Source of the DNA: an uncultured virus (IMG/VR IMGVR_UViG_3300027706_000278)
Lineage: Duplodnaviria > Heunggongvirae > Uroviricota > Caudoviricetes
Length of the DNA stretch: 64,000 bases
IMG/VR virus record: IMGVR_UViG_3300027706_000278
Direction: 5' to 3' (one strand)
The notes below the pieces were generated by a model that was given only the letters and a program-made list of their open reading frames with translations, searched no databases and had not been told where the DNA came from. Position 1 is the stretch's first letter. The number at the start of each line of letters is the position of its first letter. The translations under genes and the position numbers were made by a program. This document shows positions 17,708 through 26,937 of this stretch, one piece after another.

Positions 17708-19039
17708 TCACGCTGCCGCCTCCTTCTTCCTCATCTCGATCACCTTGGCCTTCGCCTTCTCCATGCGCTCCTGGATGGGCCGCGTGGTCTCCTCCTGGCG
17801 CTCGACGGGGATGAAGGTATAGTCGCCGGTCATGGTGAGCGTGGCGTGGCCGGCGATCTTGCTGGCTTCGATGGCGCTGGCCTTGCCGACGCCCTGCCGC
17901 CACGTGATGTTGGCGCGCCGGAAAGAGTGCAGGCCCATGCCGGGGAAATCGAGGCCCGGATGGTTCTTGTCGGCGTTCCTGGGCTTGCAGGCGCGCGCCG
18001 CCAGTTTCAGAACCTTCCGGACGCCCGAATCCCACATGGGTTGATTCGGGTCGCCGTTGTGCCGCCCGCCATGCTTATCGTCCTGAGCGAAAATCCAGGC
18101 ATCCGGCTTGGTGATCTCCTTCTTGGCGATCCACTCCTTGTACCGTGCCGTGAGCGCGCCCAGCGCCAAGAGGCGCTTGCTGTTCTTCGTCTTGGGCTCG
18201 TCTATGTCACCGCGGCAATGCCGTTGCGCGATCCTGATCGTGCCGGCCTCCGGATCGAAGTGCTTCAATTGCAGGCCGACCGCCTCGCTAATGCGCGTGC
18301 CGGTGTACAAGCAGGTTTCGCAGATCAGCAGGTGCGGGTCCGGCAGGTGGCTGAAGATCCAGGCGGTCTCCTCGGGCGTATAGATGCGCTTCTCCCGCAC
18401 CGTCCATTCCTTGCCGATCTTCACCCACTGCATCGGGTTGGCATACGAGCGCGGGATGACGTTCCACTCCTGTGCGCGGGTGATCATTCCGCTCATGATG
18501 TTGCGCAGGTCGAGCATCATGTACCAGGACGAGCATTCGTGGTGGAGCCAGTCGAGAACCGCCTTGCTGTCGTTCAGATCCGACAGGCGCGCGTCCTTCC
18601 AGCGCGGCAGGATATGGTTGTCCAGCCGGTCGTTGTACTTCTCGCGCGTCGGCTTCGCCAGTTTGACCTTGGGATTATCGACGTAATCCCGGCGCCACAA
18701 CTCTGCGAGCCTGATGATTTGCACGTCGCCGGGCTGCGACTCCTGCGGCTTGGCGGGCGGCGGCGCCGTTTCCGATGGCGGCTGCGGTGGTGCGGGCACG
18801 AGCAGTCCGTTCGGCCCCCTTACCAACTTCCCTACGAAGAACTCGTCCCGCTTGTCGCGCGCCTGCTGGCGCGTCATCGGATGGTCCTTGTCGCGGCTCG
18901 GGCCGATCTTGACGAAGGGCCGGGTGGTCTTGATCGACCCATCCGGCTGGACCTCATCCTTGCGATAGCGGAAGTACCAGTAATACTTCCCGCGATCCTT
19001 CCGCTCAACCACGTCGGGGCGCTGGTGTCTCTCTTTCAA
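17708..19039 (-). CDS. Phage tyrosine integrase
   Basis: TGTRISE, HSFRR, AGH, TGDY; TTG start after AGGAGG. Confidence 0.9.
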   Translation of the reverse strand: MKERHQRPDVVERKDRGKYYWYFRYRKDEVQPDGSIKTTRPFVKIGPSRDKDHPMTRQQARDKRDEFFVGKLVRGPNGLLVPAPPQPPSETAPPPAKPQESQPGDVQIIRLAELWRRDYVDNPKVKLAKPTREKYNDRLDNHILPRWKDARLSDLNDSKAVLDWLHHECSSWYMMLDLRNIMSGMITRAQEWNVIPRSYANPMQWVKIGKEWTVREKRIYTPEETAWIFSHLPDPHLLICETCLYTGTRISEAVGLQLKHFDPEAGTIRIAQRHCRGDIDEPKTKNSKRLLALGALTARYKEWIAKKEITKPDAWIFAQDDKHGGRHNGDPNQPMWDSGVRKVLKLAARACKPRNADKNHPGLDFPGMGLHSFRRANITWRQGVGKASAIEASKIAGHATLTMTGDYTFIPVERQEETTRPIQERMEKAKAKVIEMRKKEAAA

Positions 19040-19123
19040 CTGTGGGCCTCCTGTCAACCACGTCAGGAGGCTACCTTCGTGTTGGGACATACGCAAGCCT
19101 AACCATTGCAAGGATTTACGCGG

Positions 19124-20821
19124 CTACAGCGGGATCGCCATATTGCTCGCCTGGCCGCAGATGTAGAGCTTTTCGCGGGCGCGCGTTGCGCCCACGTAGA
19201 ATTGGCGCATCACCGAATCGCGCGGCGCGCCGCCACGGGCGTACTGCGCATCGCCCGCCTGGCTGAGATCCGGAAACAGGTACACCACATCGGCCTGGCC
19301 GCCCTTGACGGAGTGGATCGTGCCAACCAGGACCTGCGGCGTATCCAGCAAGGCCCCAGGCCCGCCACGGCGCGCGACGTCGGCGGGAAACTCGACGCGC
19401 CTGCGGCCGTCCTCGGTTAGGCGCGCCTGCCACCACTTGAGGAGTGCGGCCGATCCGGCGTCCCAGGCCGCCATCATCTGGTCGAGCGCTTCCGCCTCGA
19501 ATATCTGGGCCAGATGGTCCATGGTCACCGGCGTCGTCACATCACCCGCCTTGAGCTTCGCCTTAACGCCGTGACGCAGGATGCCTTTGGCCTGCATCAA
19601 CTCGGCCCACAGCGCCAGGTCGCCATGTGTCCACGCGCGGTGCCCCTCGCCGTAATCGGGATGGCCGATGAGCAGAGACAGAATGCGGTTGGGGGTTGAT
19701 GACCGCTTGCCGACCCGCAACGGGTTCCAGAAGCCATTGGAGCGCCGGTAGGGATTGTGGAAGGGAATGCCCTCTTTGCGGAGGACCTGGATCAGACCCT
19801 TCAGCATGTATGAGCACGACACCAGGAACATCACCGTCTGGCAGCCTTCGATATGCTGCGTGGCGGTCTTCAGGATCTCGTACTCAGTGCGGTAGCAGGT
19901 ATCGGCCTTGCTCAGGCGTTCGAGCGCCCCGTCTTCGGCGCGCGGCAGATATTCCTTCGGCTGGCGTAGCGTGACCTTCCGGATCAGCGCCTCGGCGAAC
20001 CGATGCACGGCGCGCGGCACGCGGTACGACTGCTTCAGGATGATCTTGTGGTCCTCGGGGATCTCTGGCTTCAGAAACGCCTCCGGCGTGGCGCCGGCAA
20101 AGGAATAGATGGTCTGGTCGTCGTCGCCCGCCACGATGAAATAGCTGGCGCGCTCGCCCCACTTGCGAACCAGCGACAACTGCATCCGGTTGAGGTCCTG
20201 CGCCTCGTCCGCGAAGATGACGGCGGGGTTGTGGGGCGCCATGGCCACGTCGCGGAGGCACTTCTCGATCAGGTCCGTGAAGTCCAGCAGGCCGTTGGCC
20301 TCCTTGTACTGTGTCCACAGCGCCTCGAACTTGAGCAGGTTAGCCGGCCAAGTGTGCTTAGGAAGCATCAGCCCGCGGAACCGGCCCAACTGTTCCAGGA
20401 AGGCATCGCCGGCCTTCTCCTGGTCGCTGTCCTCGACCGCCTCCTCGCCGTCCAGCTTCCCCGGGCGCTTCTGCGGCGTAATTGTGAGGTGCGCGTGATC
20501 CTTATTCCACTCCTCCACGTTCGCCTCCGCGATCTCCGGCCCGCCGAGGGCGTGCCAGCAGTGGGAGTGCAGCGTGCCCACGCGATCCGAGGCGACGGGC
20601 AGATTGCGCCCGGCGAGCTCCGCTGCGGCGGCGCGCGAGAAGGACGTGACAAGCACCGCATCGGGGCCGAAGCGATCCACGGCGCGCTGGATCTGGCGTG
20701 TGAGATTCGTCGTTTTTCCTGTTCCTGTTCCCTTCCGTCAAGGCGGGCCGAAGATGCGGAATTCCCGCGTCTCTTCGGCCCGCCCCTCCGCAGTCTCCTG
20801 GATTTGATCGGCGGTGATCAC
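19124..20821 (-). CDS. UvrD/Rep SF1 helicase with an in-frame UGA (20738-20740) inside Walker A
   Basis: FRIFGPP*RKGTGTGKTT, then DEAQD, GDDDQTIY, QSYR, TIHSVKGGQ, YVGATRA. Confidence 0.85.
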
Positions 20822-20854
20822 TTCTTCTTCCTTTCGCGCCCTCCGGGATTTAAT

Positions 20855-22687
20855 TCACTGGACGACGACATGGATCGCCTCTTCGGGCCGGATCTTCTTG
20901 GGGTCGAACTCGGGATACGGCAGCGCGCGCCGGATCTGGTCATATCCCTGGCCCTTGACCCGATGCTCGGTGCCGCCGACCGCCACCAGCATGGAGGCGG
21001 CCTGGCGCGGGGACACGTTCTCGCAGGTCGTCTTGATCAGGTACGCCCGGAAGTCGAGCGTGGAGACGGCGATCCTGCCGTCGTCCAGGATGATCGGCTT
21101 ACGCTGATTCTGGACTCGCTCTTCCTCGATGGAGGCGATGAATCCGGTCTCGCGGAGGTAGTTCACGATATGCATGCGCGCGCCACGCACGAGGTCCTCC
21201 TCGTCGGTCGGCTCCTCGATGTAACAGGCCTTGAGCATGCGCCGCTTCACTTCCTCCCACAGCGCGGGCTTGAAGTGCGGGATCGGCTCGTTCGTCGCGT
21301 TGCCGATCGCCTCATAGATGACTTGCTGGTTCGTGAACTTGCCGAAGCCGGCGATGTCGATCACGCTGCCATCGGCGAGGACGATCTGGTAAGTCGGCTC
21401 CTTGCCCTTGATTTTGCGGAACTTCACGATGGGCGTCCGGAGCAGTTTGGCGAGCTCGGCGCAGAGCTTATCCTTTTCTTCAGGCGACAACGCCTTGACA
21501 GTGGTGTTGGCCGCCTGCGGTTGTTCCGGCGCAACAGGGGCCGCATGTGGCGCAACGGGGCCGGTCGTGGACGGCGGGCTGGCCGGCGCGTCGCTGAAGG
21601 CGGTGTCGCCCATGGCGGCGTGCCCGTTGGCGATTTCCTGGGCGATGGCTGTTTCGGCCTCCTCAGCCGTCATGGGTGCCGGGACGCCGCCTGTCTTGCG
21701 CATGGCCGTCGCGATGGTGCGCTCGAAGTAGTCGATCTTCGTCCGATGGGTCCGCGCGTACAGGCTCCGGTGGTGGACGATCAGCGTGATGATCTCCTGC
21801 TCGGAGAGGCCGGCGTCCACGCCGAAGCAGGCGAGCGCCAGGTCGTACCCGCTCTGGCTCGTGTCCTCCATGTCATATCGCTGCTTCAGCCACGTGGCCC
21901 GGAAGCGCGGGTCTTCGTGCATCCAGCCGTCGATGCGGTCCTGCGAGATACGCTGCCGGAGATCAACGATGAGATGTTTGCCCTCGAACTGCTGCTTCCA
22001 ATCGGGCGGCAGTGCGGCCTGGTCTTTGGGCGCGCCGCCCTCAACGTCCGGGCCCAGGAACTCCTCGAAATCGGAGAAATTGTAGCGGCGGTCGGTCACG
22101 GACAGGACCGTCACGTCTTTGGGATTCTTCGGGTCCTTCAGGTTCCGCGTGCCGGGGATGCGCAGGATACGCGCCAAGTCCGCGAGCTTGTCATATGTCC
22201 AGCCGTGGGCGGCGGCGTTGAGTTCGAGCATCTTGTGCCAGCGGGTCAACAGGCGCGCGGCCGCCTGGCGCTCGGCGTCGTTCTCGAAGTTCAGCGGTTC
22301 CTTGAACAGCCACCACGGATGCAGGCCGTTGCCGGTGGACACGATAATCGACGGCGGCATGGCGGCCGGCACGATCTTGAGCGCGTCGGGAATGGTCGCC
22401 GGGAGCGCCTTCTTATGCGCCTGGGACAGCAGGTCGAGGTCGGTCCCGATCCCCGCCAAGCCGGTAATCTCGTCCGACTTGCAACGGCGCGCGGGGCCGT
22501 ACTGCTGCTTCGAGCAGCCGACGCCGACGTATACGTCCTTCTGCTGGCCAGTGCTGGCGGCGAACTCGGCGGCCTTCGCCGGGTCCAGGAACCAGCACGA
22601 GCGCTTGTCCGGCCACGTCCACAGCAGGATGTACTGATCCTCCGGCTTGTATTGCCACAGGAGGCTCAGGAAATCGTGCGGAGTCAT
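20855..22687 (-). CDS. RepB-like/AEP primase-type replication protein
   Basis: DLD, STGNGLHPWW, RILRIPGTRN, SQSGYDLALA. Confidence 0.8.
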   Translation of the reverse strand: MTPHDFLSLLWQYKPEDQYILLWTWPDKRSCWFLDPAKAAEFAASTGQQKDVYVGVGCSKQQYGPARRCKSDEITGLAGIGTDLDLLSQAHKKALPATIPDALKIVPAAMPPSIIVSTGNGLHPWWLFKEPLNFENDAERQAAARLLTRWHKMLELNAAAHGWTYDKLADLARILRIPGTRNLKDPKNPKDVTVLSVTDRRYNFSDFEEFLGPDVEGGAPKDQAALPPDWKQQFEGKHLIVDLRQRISQDRIDGWMHEDPRFRATWLKQRYDMEDTSQSGYDLALACFGVDAGLSEQEIITLIVHHRSLYARTHRTKIDYFERTIATAMRKTGGVPAPMTAEEAETAIAQEIANGHAAMGDTAFSDAPASPPSTTGPVAPHAAPVAPEQPQAANTTVKALSPEEKDKLCAELAKLLRTPIVKFRKIKGKEPTYQIVLADGSVIDIAGFGKFTNQQVIYEAIGNATNEPIPHFKPALWEEVKRRMLKACYIEEPTDEEDLVRGARMHIVNYLRETGFIASIEEERVQNQRKPIILDDGRIAVSTLDFRAYLIKTTCENVSPRQAASMLVAVGGTEHRVKGQGYDQIRRALPYPEFDPKKIRPEEAIHVVVQ

Positions 22688-23217
22688 GCGGTCAACTCCA
22701 CATAACGGTTGAGGAACAAATGGCGCGCTGCCCTCGGGGGCAAAGGCTCGATCCAGAGGTTCGGCACGGGCACGGTGCCACATTCCTCTTTGATCCACCG
22801 GATATCCGTCGCCGTGGTCACGTCGCGGAACTCGGTCGCCAGCATCGCCTTGTCGGCGATCATCACGGAGCGGGGCATTTCCGGCCGCAAGCCGAACCGC
22901 TGGCAGATCGCGACCATGAGGCGGCCTTCCGCGATCCGGTACGCGGTCATCTGTGGATCGGCCTTGATTGGCGCTGGGATATCGCAGAGATACGCCTCGC
23001 TCGCATCATGCAGTAGGCCCCAGAGCCCGTCCTCGGGCGGCACCAGGCGGCTGACGTGGACCGAATGCTGCGCCACGGAGTAGAAGGCTTTGGTATGGCC
23101 CACGAAGCGGCACAGGTGCGACAGGGACCGTGCGATGTCAAAGATGCTGATCTCGTCCGGCGAGGGATTGAGCGGATGAATCTGCCGCCCCATATAAGTG
23201 CGGAAGTAGTTGGTCAT
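22684..23217 (-). CDS. HD-domain phosphohydrolase (YfdR/YfbR-like)
   Basis: CRFVGH, YSVAQHS, LLHDASEAY. Confidence 0.9.
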   Translation of the reverse strand: MTNYFRTYMGRQIHPLNPSPDEISIFDIARSLSHLCRFVGHTKAFYSVAQHSVHVSRLVPPEDGLWGLLHDASEAYLCDIPAPIKADPQMTAYRIAEGRLMVAICQRFGLRPEMPRSVMIADKAMLATEFRDVTTATDIRWIKEECGTVPVPNLWIEPLPPRAARHLFLNRYVELTA

Positions 23218-23219
23218 GC

Positions 23220-23486
23220 TTACCAGAGCCCTCCCTGGTTCTGTCCGCGCGGGCGCGAAGCTGCACGGGCTGGGGCTTCACTCTTCTTTTCCGACTCCTC
23301 AACCACCACTGGCGCGGTCGCCAGCCACTTATCCCATGCGACCCACCGCTGGCCGTTCCAGACGGTGATGGTCGCGTCGTCCATCGGCGCGTCGGCGGGG
23401 ATTTGCTCCAGGAGCGACGCCCGGCGATGCTCGACCTGGGCCTGTTGCTCCCGGTACTGGCGCAGCGCTTCGCGGCCGTAAATCAC
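23220..23486 (-). CDS. Hypothetical protein
   Basis: GTGA-coupled start VIYGREAL. Confidence 0.6.
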   Translation of the reverse strand: MIYGREALRQYREQQAQVEHRRASLLEQIPADAPMDDATITVWNGQRWVAWDKWLATAPVVVEESEKKSEAPARAASRPRGQNQGGLW

Positions 23487-23995
23487 GCCTGCGCTCCTTT
23501 CGGTGAGGCGAGATCCAGCAGCACTTGTTCGGGGATGGGCCGCGGCTTTATGATCCGCGACAGCATGAGGATCTCGTGCAGCGTCGGCAGTTCGCACTTG
23601 CCCACCCACGGGCTGCGCCCGGTGAGCATGATGCTCCTCTTCCCGCGCACCTCATCCATAGGGAGGAGCCACATCACGCCGCTATCCGCTTCCACGGCCA
23701 GGAGCAAATCAAACTCATGGCCTTCGTACGGGATCTTCACGTCCTTGTGGGAGGCGCGATGAGCCTGCTGTTTACACGTCTTCACTTGGACGCTTCCGGC
23801 TTTCACTTTCGCCGCCTTGACCTGCACACGCTTGTAGTCTTCCCCTTCGAGCTTGACCAGCAGGTCCCATCCCTTCTGTGCAATCCCAATAGGCAACGGA
23901 ACGGCGATTTCGTAACCCTGGCGGGCAAAAGCGAGGCAGGCCAGAAGCTCCGTGTACGTTGAGAGGCCCCGCGACAACGTTCCCGTACCGTTCAC
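23483..23995 (-). CDS. PD-(D/E)XK endonuclease, homing-endonuclease-like
   Basis: ELLA...GYEIAVP...WDLLV...RVQVK...FDLL. Confidence 0.75.
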   Translation of the reverse strand: MNGTGTLSRGLSTYTELLACLAFARQGYEIAVPLPIGIAQKGWDLLVKLEGEDYKRVQVKAAKVKAGSVQVKTCKQQAHRASHKDVKIPYEGHEFDLLLAVEADSGVMWLLPMDEVRGKRSIMLTGRSPWVGKCELPTLHEILMLSRIIKPRPIPEQVLLDLASPKGAQA

Positions 23996-24159
23996 GCTGC
24001 CTCCAGTTCTGCGGCGGTAAAAGCAGCGCCACATTCGGGGCACTCGTACCATTCGTCATGCCAGCGCTCGTAAGGGCCGCAGTCCATGCCGTGCGTCTCG
24101 ACGCTGTCAGCTTCCCGAAAGCGCATCATGACGTCCTCACCGCATTCCGGGCAGATCAC
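23992..24159 (-). CDS. Small zinc-ribbon protein
   Basis: CPECG x2; RBS GAGGGAG. Confidence 0.6.
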   Translation of the reverse strand: MICPECGEDVMMRFREADSVETHGMDCGPYERWHDEWYECPECGAAFTAAELEAA

Positions 24160-24181
24160 GTGGTCTCCCTCAAGTGCGAGT

Positions 24182-24409
24182 TCACCGCTCGGCCTCCAGG
24201 AGCATCCGGTAGCCGTCGCGAATGCGCGTGCCGACCCGATGGCGCGCCATGTACTCGTGGCAATCCAGATCCACGTCCGGCTTGGCGCCCATGTTGGCGG
24301 CACAGTCGGGGCAGACCTTGCTCGCGACGGTCTTGTTGCGCGACCACAGCGCGACGTTATGGTGTGCCACGAACGGCTTCTTGCAATAGAGGCACAGAGG
24401 CTCGTTCAT
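24182..24409 (-). CDS. Small Zn-binding protein
   Basis: CLYC, CPDC; ATGA-coupled. Confidence 0.65.
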   Translation of the reverse strand: MNEPLCLYCKKPFVAHHNVALWSRNKTVASKVCPDCAANMGAKPDVDLDCHEYMARHRVGTRIRDGYRMLLEAER

Positions 24410-24828
24410 GCGGCCTCCCGATCAAAGTGGCGATGGCCGCACAAGGGGCAGCGCTCGGGCGCCTCCTCGCCGCGCCAGCAATAGTTGTGACAGCCCGTGC
24501 AGGTCCACACCGGCTCGTGCTTTACCAGGCCGAGGATGGCGAGCGCCTCGGCCGCGTTATGCGCCACGCCGACAATGGCGCCGCCCTCGATCCGCCACTC
24601 GCGCAGGCGCTCCGTCTGGAGGGGAGTCAACTGCGAGCAGGGCGCGCCCGGCCGTTTGACCTCGATCTCGAAGTGCTTGCCGCGAATGGTGCCATACAGG
24701 TCGGGGTCGCCGGCCTTGCCCATGACCGTGCCGTGGCGCTTGCGGACGACCACGCCGGGATACTTGCGCAATTCGGCCACGATCTGCGCGACGATGAATT
24801 TCTCCAGCGGGGGCTGTTTCCTGGGCAT
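24406..24828 (-). CDS. VRR-NUC nuclease with C-terminal rubredoxin-like ribbon
   Basis: GDPDL...FEIEVK...LTPLQ; CTGC/CPLC. Confidence 0.85.
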   Translation of the reverse strand: MPRKQPPLEKFIVAQIVAELRKYPGVVVRKRHGTVMGKAGDPDLYGTIRGKHFEIEVKRPGAPCSQLTPLQTERLREWRIEGGAIVGVAHNAAEALAILGLVKHEPVWTCTGCHNYCWRGEEAPERCPLCGHRHFDREAA

Positions 24829-24833
24829 CTGCC

Positions 24834-25022
24834 TCACGGGCGCACCTCCGCTGGCTGTTCCTCCGTGCGGCGGGTCGGACCGAAGATGCCGAACTGGATG
24901 GGCGAGATCCGGCGCGTGCCGCACTTGGAGCACGTCTGCACATCGACGTTGCGCTGGCCGTCGAACTCGGGCCAACGCCGGGGGAAGCCCCAACTATGGC
25001 GGCAGAGCCACTTGAAGGGCAC
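24834..25022 (-). CDS. Small prophage Zn protein
   Basis: LCRHSW...CSKCG. Confidence 0.6.
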   Translation of the reverse strand: MPFKWLCRHSWGFPRRWPEFDGQRNVDVQTCSKCGTRRISPIQFGIFGPTRRTEEQPAEVRP

Positions 25023-25024
25023 GG

Positions 25025-25516
25025 CTATTTGCCCTCCTGCTTGCGGTACACCGTGGCCTCGCGCCCGCGGCCCTGCTTCACGACCTCGATGTCGCCGGCC
25101 TTGGCCATGGACGTGAGCGCCAGGCTGATGCTGGCCTTGCGCTGCTTCTCGAACTCCGGATGCCGGATCTTGGGCGTCGAGGGCATGTGCTCGATGGACT
25201 TGGTGAACACGTCGTGGACGGTGAACTCGCGGTTCGCCGGCATCGCGGTCACGTACTCGCGGACGCGCTGCATGCCGACGTAATGTTTCTCGCCCGCATC
25301 GCCCTTATTGCCGTTGGGCACCGGCACGCCGTTCTGCACGGCCATGCCCACCACCACGTCCTTCATCAATTCCTGCGTCGCCGGGTCTTCGAGCAGGTAG
25401 TACATCTGCTCCAGCTTGGCGATCTTCTGCTCCTCGGCCTCGGCCTGGCGCAGATAGACCTCTCGCTGCTCCTGCGTTTCGGAGATGCGTTCAAGGATGT
25501 TTTCGAGCACGTCCAC
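25025..25516 (-). CDS. Coiled-coil + winged-helix protein
   Basis: LTSMAKAGDIEVVKQGRGREATVY wing. Confidence 0.7.
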   Translation of the reverse strand: MDVLENILERISETQEQREVYLRQAEAEEQKIAKLEQMYYLLEDPATQELMKDVVVGMAVQNGVPVPNGNKGDAGEKHYVGMQRVREYVTAMPANREFTVHDVFTKSIEHMPSTPKIRHPEFEKQRKASISLALTSMAKAGDIEVVKQGRGREATVYRKQEGK

Positions 25517-25527
25517 GGCTTCCCTCC

Positions 25528-25641
25528 CTACCGCCTCGCCCCGCCGTACAGGCCGAGGATGGCCCGCTTCATGCCGTGCAGTGCCGTCGCCAGCGCCGCG
25601 CTCGTCTTCGCCTTCATCGTCGTTTTGCTCTTACTTGCCAT
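25528..25641 (-). CDS. 37-aa basic peptide (not in the ORF track)
   Basis: AAGGAG RBS; MASKSKTTMKAKTSAALATALHGMKRAILGLYGGARR. Confidence 0.55.
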   Translation of the reverse strand: MASKSKTTMKAKTSAALATALHGMKRAILGLYGGARR

Positions 25642-25663
25642 CTCGTTTCTCCTTGGTGAATTT

Positions 25664-25740
25664 CGGCGGGTGCCGGGCTGGTGCCGTGTCGGACTTCGGT
25701 CGTTTAACGGGGCGGCTCCTAACTCCGCTCCCGCCCGCCG
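25664..25740. ncRNA. Putative 77-nt cloverleaf-like structured RNA
   Basis: 7-bp closing stem CGGCGGG/CCCGCCG with three internal hairpins, one with a C(UUCG)G loop. Confidence 0.45.
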
Positions 25741-25747
25741 CCGTGGG

Positions 25748-26599
25748 CTATTCCTTCTCCGTGCTGCCGACCAGCAGCGGGATCGCCGTCTCCTTCTCGA
25801 TGCGCTGCCGGATCTCGCTCAGCGCGTCCTCGACGAACTTGTGCGGCCGGACGATCTCGAACCAGAAGCAGAGCTTCGAGTCCTGAAGCCGCCAGCGCAG
25901 CCGCACCGGGATGCGGTACGCGGGACCATTCATGTGGACCGAGATGCCGAGCACGATCTGCGCCGGCAGTTCGATGGTGCCCTTCTGCGGCGTGTTGCGG
26001 ACATCCTCGTCGTACTGGAATTGGATCTGACCGTTGTCGAGCCGCATGCCCGACGAGAAGGTCACGTTCTTCTTGGCTTCGAATCGGAGCGCCGCCTCGA
26101 GCAGCTCCGCGCTCTTCGGCTCGGCGATGTCCGGAAGGTTCTCCTCCAGGAACCGCGCGAACTCGACCTGCGTGAGCTGCTTGCGGTTGACGCCCATCCA
26201 GGTCTCAAACTCCACGCTGCGGCGCGGCTTGTACGTCGCCTGGTGCTCGCACCACGAGGGCTTGTCGATCTCGTGATAGTCGAACGCCGCATTGAATTCC
26301 TCCTGCTGGGCGTCGAAGAAGATGAGCGTGCTGCCGGACATGAACTCCTTCACGTAGGAGATGAAGGAATCGGTGTCGTACAGCCAGACCTGCTGCTGGA
26401 TGCGCCGAGGCCGCGGCAGGAAGGATTCGAGGTCCTTGACCGCGTAATCCTTGGGCACCACGGTGAACACGCCGGCGCCGGGAAGCTCGGTCGGCACGGT
26501 GCGCGGTTCGCCGAGGGCCGCGCCGGCAGCAATGGCCGACTGGACGTCGCCGATCTCGACCGGGCCTTTCGTTTCGTTGTACTGGTAATCGCGGGACAC
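25748..26599 (-). CDS. DUF2303 / YfdQ-family protein
   Basis: QVEFARFLEEN, FSSGMRLDNGQIQFQY, VRLRWRL. Confidence 0.85.
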   Translation of the reverse strand: MSRDYQYNETKGPVEIGDVQSAIAAGAALGEPRTVPTELPGAGVFTVVPKDYAVKDLESFLPRPRRIQQQVWLYDTDSFISYVKEFMSGSTLIFFDAQQEEFNAAFDYHEIDKPSWCEHQATYKPRRSVEFETWMGVNRKQLTQVEFARFLEENLPDIAEPKSAELLEAALRFEAKKNVTFSSGMRLDNGQIQFQYDEDVRNTPQKGTIELPAQIVLGISVHMNGPAYRIPVRLRWRLQDSKLCFWFEIVRPHKFVEDALSEIRQRIEKETAIPLLVGSTEKE

Positions 26600-26935
26600 T
26601 TACACCACCTCCTTGAGTTGCTTCGGCTGCTGCTCGATATCGACGACGCGCAGCGGGAGCATCTCCTGCTTCGGGTCGTTCCGGACGAGGCGGTTATCGT
26701 CGGTGACATAGAAGATCGCCACCCGCCGATCCGGTTCGGGCAATTTGGTTTTCACTTGGGACTGCACGGTCACCACGTCCGTCGCGCCCTTGCTCGCGGG
26801 CGCGACCTTGATGGTGAGCGTGAGAGTCCCGCTTTTTCCGACCTCCCGCACGGCGGCGGTGAGGTTCCGGAGCGCCTCGCCCAGTTCGGCGACGGTCACT
26901 CCCTTGTCGATCTCGAAAACGGTCTGGGGGAACAT
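26600..26935 (-). CDS. YfdP-like phage protein
   Basis: AVREVGKSGTLTLTIKV...IFYVTDDNRLVRNDPKQ; typical DUF2303 partner. Confidence 0.7.
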   Translation of the reverse strand: MFPQTVFEIDKGVTVAELGEALRNLTAAVREVGKSGTLTLTIKVAPASKGATDVVTVQSQVKTKLPEPDRRVAIFYVTDDNRLVRNDPKQEMLPLRVVDIEQQPKQLKEVV

Positions 26936-26937
26936 GG

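Noticed and set aside
20726..20740. Selenocysteine UGA
   Set aside because: A bacterial SECIS lies 3' of the UGA; here the downstream sequence looks unstructured, the hairpin is 5', and the position is not a Cys site
20003..22705. 900-aa plus-strand ORF and similar long ORFs (17846..19102, 25160..27382, 41810..44002, 58937..60898)
   Set aside because: Antisense shadows of motif-bearing minus-strand genes in high-GC DNA; no recognisable motifs
22684..23217. Z-genome (DatZ) pathway
   Set aside because: HD protein is present but no PurZ or MazZ in the window
25664..25745. Twister ribozyme (CCTAACTCCGC segment)
   Set aside because: Remaining conserved twister elements and pseudoknot partners not found
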